This document shows, in pieces, positions 59,050 through 64,000 of a stretch of DNA of 64,000 nucleotides (position 1 is the first letter of the stretch; each line of letters begins with the position of its first letter). Source of the stretch: Guillardia theta CCMP2712. Lineage: Eukaryota; Protista; Cryptophyta. The translations under genes were made by a program, and so were the position numbers. The stretch spans positions 638,534 through 702,533 of the forward strand of contig NW_005434646.1 of NCBI RefSeq assembly GCF_000315625.1, written 5' to 3'. The notes under the pieces are model-generated. The model was not told where the DNA came from. It ran no database searches and saw only the letters and a list, made by a program, of their open reading frames with translations.

Positions 59050-60250
59050 CAACAGGCTTGATTGTCATTATCGTATTGAGTCTCGTCAAACTAATAAACT
59101 TGTTGAGTCGAATCTTGTTGCTTCCTGGTATCTTGGCCAGGCTGAAGCCCCTGCGAGAGCTTCCGGGCTAGCGCTCGCTTGATCTCTGCCTGAGCCTTCG
59201 CTCCTCTCAACTAGCTGGCACCAAGCAAGCACAGCTCTCACCTCCGCATGCGCAACTGCATCATCTCGTTCACTCGCTGCTTGGGTCATGGCGAGGCGGA
59301 GGCTGGAGGGATTTTCAGCTTGACTCAGGGGAGGAAGGAAGAAACGTACAGGGCGAGCTTCTTGTCTAGGCTCGTCTTCCTCTGACGCGCCTTCGCCAGC
59401 AGCTCCTCCTCCGCCACCAGTTGGTGCAGCAAGGCACTGAGCTTGTCCTCCATCTGTCGCGCGGAATGATAACCGTCACAACCATCGGGGCTGATGCTGC
59501 TCACCTCGTGCGAGAGTTTCTCCGCGTTCTCACAGAGGGGCCACTTGTTTGCATCCTCCTCCTTTGGAGTCAGAGGACGAGACCACCGCAAGGACGCAAG
59601 CGGGTGGGGAGGTCGGGCCGCGGGCTGCACGCCCTGGTCATGAGAGGGTTCTGGCGGCTTGCAGGACGTTGGAGGAGCTGCAGCGACTCAGATCGTCTCG
59701 TCTCATCGCAGATCGTCTGCTCTCACCTCTCGAACTGCCCAAGTCCACGTGGCGCTTCTTGATGAAGTCGCTGACCCGAGCTGTCGCCTCTTTCCACTCC
59801 ACGATCCCCCGCAGACTGTTGAGCAATACTCAGCGAGAGGGAGGAGGAGGATCACAAGGGGAACATGCTCGCGTTCTCCATGAGCAGCTCGCAAGTTTGC
59901 ATGCTTGGAAGAACTTTTCCTTCTCTGGTAGAGCCTGCAAGGCATGAGACTCGAGCGATTCTCATAGTCATGGCAACTTGCTGGACTAGAGAGGATCTTC
60001 TTGGCATCTCTTTCGACCTTCAGGACCAAGTCAATTCCTTCCTTTCCCCTGCTTCTCCTCCCTAGATCTCTTCCTATCAACTTGATCGCTTCTCTTCTCT
60101 ATCTCACCATCGAGAAACTCTCCACAATCGCATCAGCGTTGGCGCTGACTTGGATCTGACAAGCGTCAGACATCCTGATCAGGTCAGGATCGTTGTATCC
60201 AGCTGCCGATTCATCCTCATCTACCCCTTGCTCATCAGTTTGCTCGTTGC
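59050..60250 (-). CDS. Hypothetical coiled-coil protein, multi-exon
   Basis: Successive minus-strand exons with helical, charged composition (HQLVAEEELLAKARQRK, KVERDAKKIL). Confidence 0.4.
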
Positions 60251-60809
60251 TGGTGAGCGGATATTGACCTTGCGGCAGCGCTGTCGTCGAGGAGGGACGG
60301 AGGACCTCGCTATCACTGGGGAGAATGAGACGAAGGGAACGAGCAGCGCTTGGATGTTACCTGCTTTTGTCCAGCAGCAGCAACATGGCGTTCTGCGATG
60401 TGTGAGCGAAGGGCAGAAGGAGGAGGAGGAGGAGGAGGAGGAGGCGGGGGGGTGGAAGGGGGGGGGCGGTCACACCAAAGGCGCTCAATAAGGAAGTTGT
60501 GGCTCAGGTATCTCTGCGATTCCGCTATGACCTGGGCGAGTCGTGGGTCGAGTCTGGCAAGGAGCTGCAGATGCTTCGTGAGGTCTCACTGAAGTTGGGA
60601 CTTCAGTTGGAAAGTAAGCACACCCCTTCACTAAGGAGGCTTTTGCTGCCATTGCCCCAGCCGAGAAGCCAGCTGCACCCCCGAGCAACGGCCTATCAAC
60701 AACTTCCAGCAAGATGAAGAAAAAACAAGAACACACCTCTATCACGTGCGGCTAGCCCAATAGTGGGCTCTCCCGCAACAAACATTCAACGCTGATGACA
60801 TTCTGGAAC

Positions 60810-60909
60810 NNNNNNNNNNNNNNNNNNNNNNNNNNNNNNNNNNNNNNNNNNNNNNNNNNNNNNNNNNNNNNNNNNNNNNNNNNNNNNNNNNNNNNNNNNN
60901 NNNNNNNNN
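60810..60909. other. Scaffold gap (100 N)
   Basis: Run of N. Confidence 0.99.
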
Positions 60910-60910
60910 C

Positions 60911-61110
60911 CATGAGCATAGTCGGGAGATCCAAGAAGAAGGAGAAGGAGCTCCTGGCCTGGGATGAATGGCTACGAAAGAAGCTGCCGACCAAGGTGGA
61001 ACAAGATCGCGGGCTGAAACTGGAAGATATGGAGATCGTCATGAATTGGAAGGTTAGCCGCGCCCTTTCCTTGCTTCAATGCTCACGCCTGTTAGTGGAC
61101 GAAGGGGAGG
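60911..61110 (+). CDS. Fragment of a conserved hypothetical protein (truncated)
   Basis: KELLAWDEWLRKKLP...LKLEDMEIVMNWK|WTKG looks globular and is followed by a plausible GT-AG intron. Confidence 0.4.
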
Positions 61111-62200
61111 GGGTTACCACAGACTTGCAGTATCTCTCCACCAAAATATTGTATCTCGACCTGTCAAGAGCCTCGCTTCCGTTCACAGCCTCTTCCACCT
61201 TCAGCGCGATCAGTCTGGAGCACCACGACGATGAAAGGGAGGGAGGGGATGAAGCAACCTGACATTTGCCGACGGAGATTCTTTCCCTAAGATCCGACAA
61301 GGTCCGTTCTTTCATCACGATCTGACCCTCGGTCATCGAACCTTCAAACCGATCGGATCTACAGCAACCTGCTGCCCCAGTGTCTTCTTCACTTCGGACG
61401 CCACCTGCCCCCCGCTCAGAGTGTCATTGAGCTCCTCGCTGAGCTTCTGGAACTCGAGGTTCGCTGCTGCCAGCAGCTGTCGCTCGTCCTCATCGTAACC
61501 CTGACCGCATGTGCGTCACTCACCCGCACACTCAGAGTTATGCAGTGAATGACGACAAACGAGAGGAAGGAGGAGGAAAGAGTGAAAGCAGCGAGGAGGT
61601 CAGAGGAGTTGAGAGGAGGCGGAGAGAGGAACCTTTGGCTGGTGGTCGATCATGGACGAGGGATTCGCAACAAGCAGCTCGTCCTCCAACGTCTCAATGT
61701 GTCCACAGTTCTCTGCGAAGTTGACAAACCGATAGACGTTGTGCACCATGTGCATGAGCTCGGTAGAGGCCATCTGAGAGTCTTGGCACTTGTCCCGCGC
61801 CTGAGCGATCATGAGGGACAGTAGCTTCAGGTAGGTGTCCAGCTCTTCCACTCGCCCCGACTCCTTCGACTTGGAGAAGGCGTTGACAAGGCGCGAGAGG
61901 AGGTGAGGAAGGTGAGCCTGGCTCTCCTTGGACAGGTTCCTCCTGAGGGAGTCATCGAGCTCGTAGAAGTCCTCTATCCTCTTCTCCACCATCCAGTGCC
62001 TCGAGCCGAAGGTGGCCCGGACGAGGAAGACGGTGAACGGCCTTGAGATCTCCTGTCTGATGTCGAAGTCGACGACTGTGACGTGAAGGTCATGCTCTTG
62101 CAAATGAGCCTCCGCCTGTCCCTGTCTAACTTCAGGTTTTCGTCGGGCAGATCGCAGAGCTCTCGGCATGTTGACGTACTACATGCTTCAACCCCCATGC
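61100..62200 (-). CDS. PX (phox homology) domain protein, multi-exon
   Basis: VTVVDFD...PFTVFLVRATFGSRHWMVEKRIEDFYELDDSL...LPHL...RVEELDTYLKLL...VYRFV follows the PX pattern. Confidence 0.75.
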
Positions 62201-62465
62201 CTTCTTCCGCCCTCCTCATCAAACCCACACATACACATTCATTATCCTCCTCCTCCTCCTCCACTCACTCGTTCTTGTCGCTGGCTCCCTGCCATGTCGG
62301 CCGGAAGTTGCAAGCTGAAAGTTTGACCCACAGAAAAAATGAAGAACTTTCCAACGCTTCAACGTTTCAAAGTTTCAAAGTTTCGGCATGCATGGTTGGA
62401 TGAGTCTGTGGATTGTGAGCTGGGCGGCGATGCAGGAGGGAGCGGGGGGAGGCTGACTTGCGGCC

Positions 62466-63775
62466 ATGGGGAGGCACAAGAAGAGAGATCCATCCCCCCT
62501 CCAGCAGCTCGAGCAGCTTCAGCCCTTCAAAGCCGCTGAGAAGCGGTTCAAGCGCTACCAGGGCCTCCGCACCGACTTCTCAGACGTCCTCAGGTTCCGA
62601 CGCGAGCTGACCCAGGGGCCGCAAGACGTGGAGGCTCATGCTGTACCGGGGCGCGAAGGACTCTTCGTCTTCCCTGGTCTGCTCTCGGCCTCGGAGCAGA
62701 TCTCCCTCCTCGAGCGATGCCTCAAGGTCTACCCCCGTCCTCCCCACAAGTCAAACCTGCTGCCGCTGCATGGGCGTGTGAGTTCTGCCGACGGGCTGAA
62801 GGTGCTCTGACGAGGTTTGTTCAGATCGACGACCCATGGGCACAAGAGCAGCTGGTCGCTCAGCTGTCTTGGGTGACGCTCGGCTATCAGTACGACTGGA
62901 CCGCAAGAAGGTACCCTGAGGAAGAGAAGTTTCCGGTCCCTCAAGTGCGCAGCCCCAGCACGAGGACGGAGCCTCTGATCAGGATGCAGGAGATTTGTGC
63001 ACTCGTGGATGAGGTCTCGAGCCGGATGAAGAGGAAGCAGATCGTGCCTGAAGCCGTCATAGTCAACTACTACTCGCACTCCCGCACGCTCGGGGGGCAC
63101 CTGGATGACGTGGAACCAGATCAGGTAGGGAGCTCGGCTTCCTACTCTAGCGCTCACCATACGAGCAGGAAAGCCCCATCATCAGCATCAGCCTGGGCTG
63201 CTCTGCTGTGTTCCTCGCTGGCGGCCGGACCAAAGACGAGGAGCCAATACCTCTTCTTCTCCGCAGTGGAGATGTGATGGTGAGAGAAGGATAGGGGCAG
63301 AGGGAGGGAGAGGGGGGGAGTGAGGGGAGAGGGAGGGAGTGGGAGTGGTTTGAAAGAGAGAGGGCGAGGAAGGGAGGGAGGGGTGACGGACTGATTTCGT
63401 CTCAGGTCATGTCGGGCGAGTCGAGGAGGTGCTATCATGGAGTTCCGAGGATTCTCAGTTGGGGTGAGCTGAACGTTAGCTGGACGTCTTGATGCCAGCA
63501 CGCGCTCAATGCTCTTCTCATGAGCGTCCTCGTCGCAGAAGAAGAAAAGGCTTACTTCCCAGAGGCCCAGCAGCTCGTCTCTCCCGCCGACCTCAAGTAC
63601 CCCTTCCTCTGGGGATCGCCAGGACTGTGACTGTGGCACAGAGACCGGGGCGAGGACGGTGAAAGGATGATGGAGTATTTCAAGGTGAGCGATACCTCAT
63701 GCGAAGAGGCCTTTGAGCAGGAGCTTGCAGTCTCATCGAATTAACCTCAATGTCCGACAAGTTCATTCCAACTGA
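62466..63775 (+). CDS. ALKBH1: AlkB homologue 1-type Fe(II)/2-oxoglutarate dioxygenase, multi-exon
   Basis: LSWVTLGYQYDW, PEAVIVNYY, TLGGHLDDVE (HxD), PIISISLGCSAVFL.GG, LRSGDVMVMSGESRRCYHGVPRI, RINLNVRQV. Confidence 0.93.
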
Positions 63776-63864
63776 AGCATCCGTTCTTCCCTACCATGTT
63801 GAGGAAGCCAACGGCGAGCACCTGGACAGGAGGAGATTGACGAGTTGCCTCCTGCACCTAACGA

Positions 63865-63992
63865 ACTTCTCCCTCTCCTTCTCCTTCTCCTTCTCCTTCT
63901 CCTTCTCCTCCTCCTCCTCCTCCTCCTCCTTCTCCTTCTCCTTCTCCTTCTTCTCCTTCTCCTTCTCCTCCTTCTCCTCCTCCTCCTCCACC
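63865..63992. repeat. CT-rich (CTCCTT)n/(CCT)n microsatellite
   Basis: Directly visible. Confidence 0.9.
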
Positions 63993-64000
63993 TCCCATCA

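Overview
Gene-dense, intron-rich eukaryotic nuclear DNA, not prokaryotic. Introns are mostly ~45-55 nt with a CTGAC-type branch point. Bipartite signal+transit presequences (e.g. ...GGEA-F on UROS) point to an alga with a red secondary plastid, most plausibly a cryptophyte (inference). About 22 genes can be traced by hand across exons: RsmE, an FHA protein, CCDC124, two PDZ/coiled-coil proteins, HscB, an IQ-motif protein, UAP1, a GT11-like glycosyltransferase, a ParA-family ATPase, a Cys-repeat surface protein, an Aa_trans transporter, NXF1/Mex67, an RRM protein, an ABHD17-like hydrolase, an ankyrin protein, UROS/HemD, a PX protein and ALKBH1. Microsatellites are abundant and there are three 100-N scaffold gaps. 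The best candidate novel system is at 7.8-15.2 kb: three paralogues that each fuse a CaMK1-type kinase domain to a C-terminal cyclic-nucleotide-binding domain. Two look catalytically intact and end in polybasic-C-x-Q-Q (CaaX-like) tails. The third is a convergently transcribed pseudokinase with a degenerate CNBD. The second highlight is an intron-containing, bacterial-type ParA/Soj ATPase. Multi-exon boundaries were inferred by eye and are approximate unless stated.
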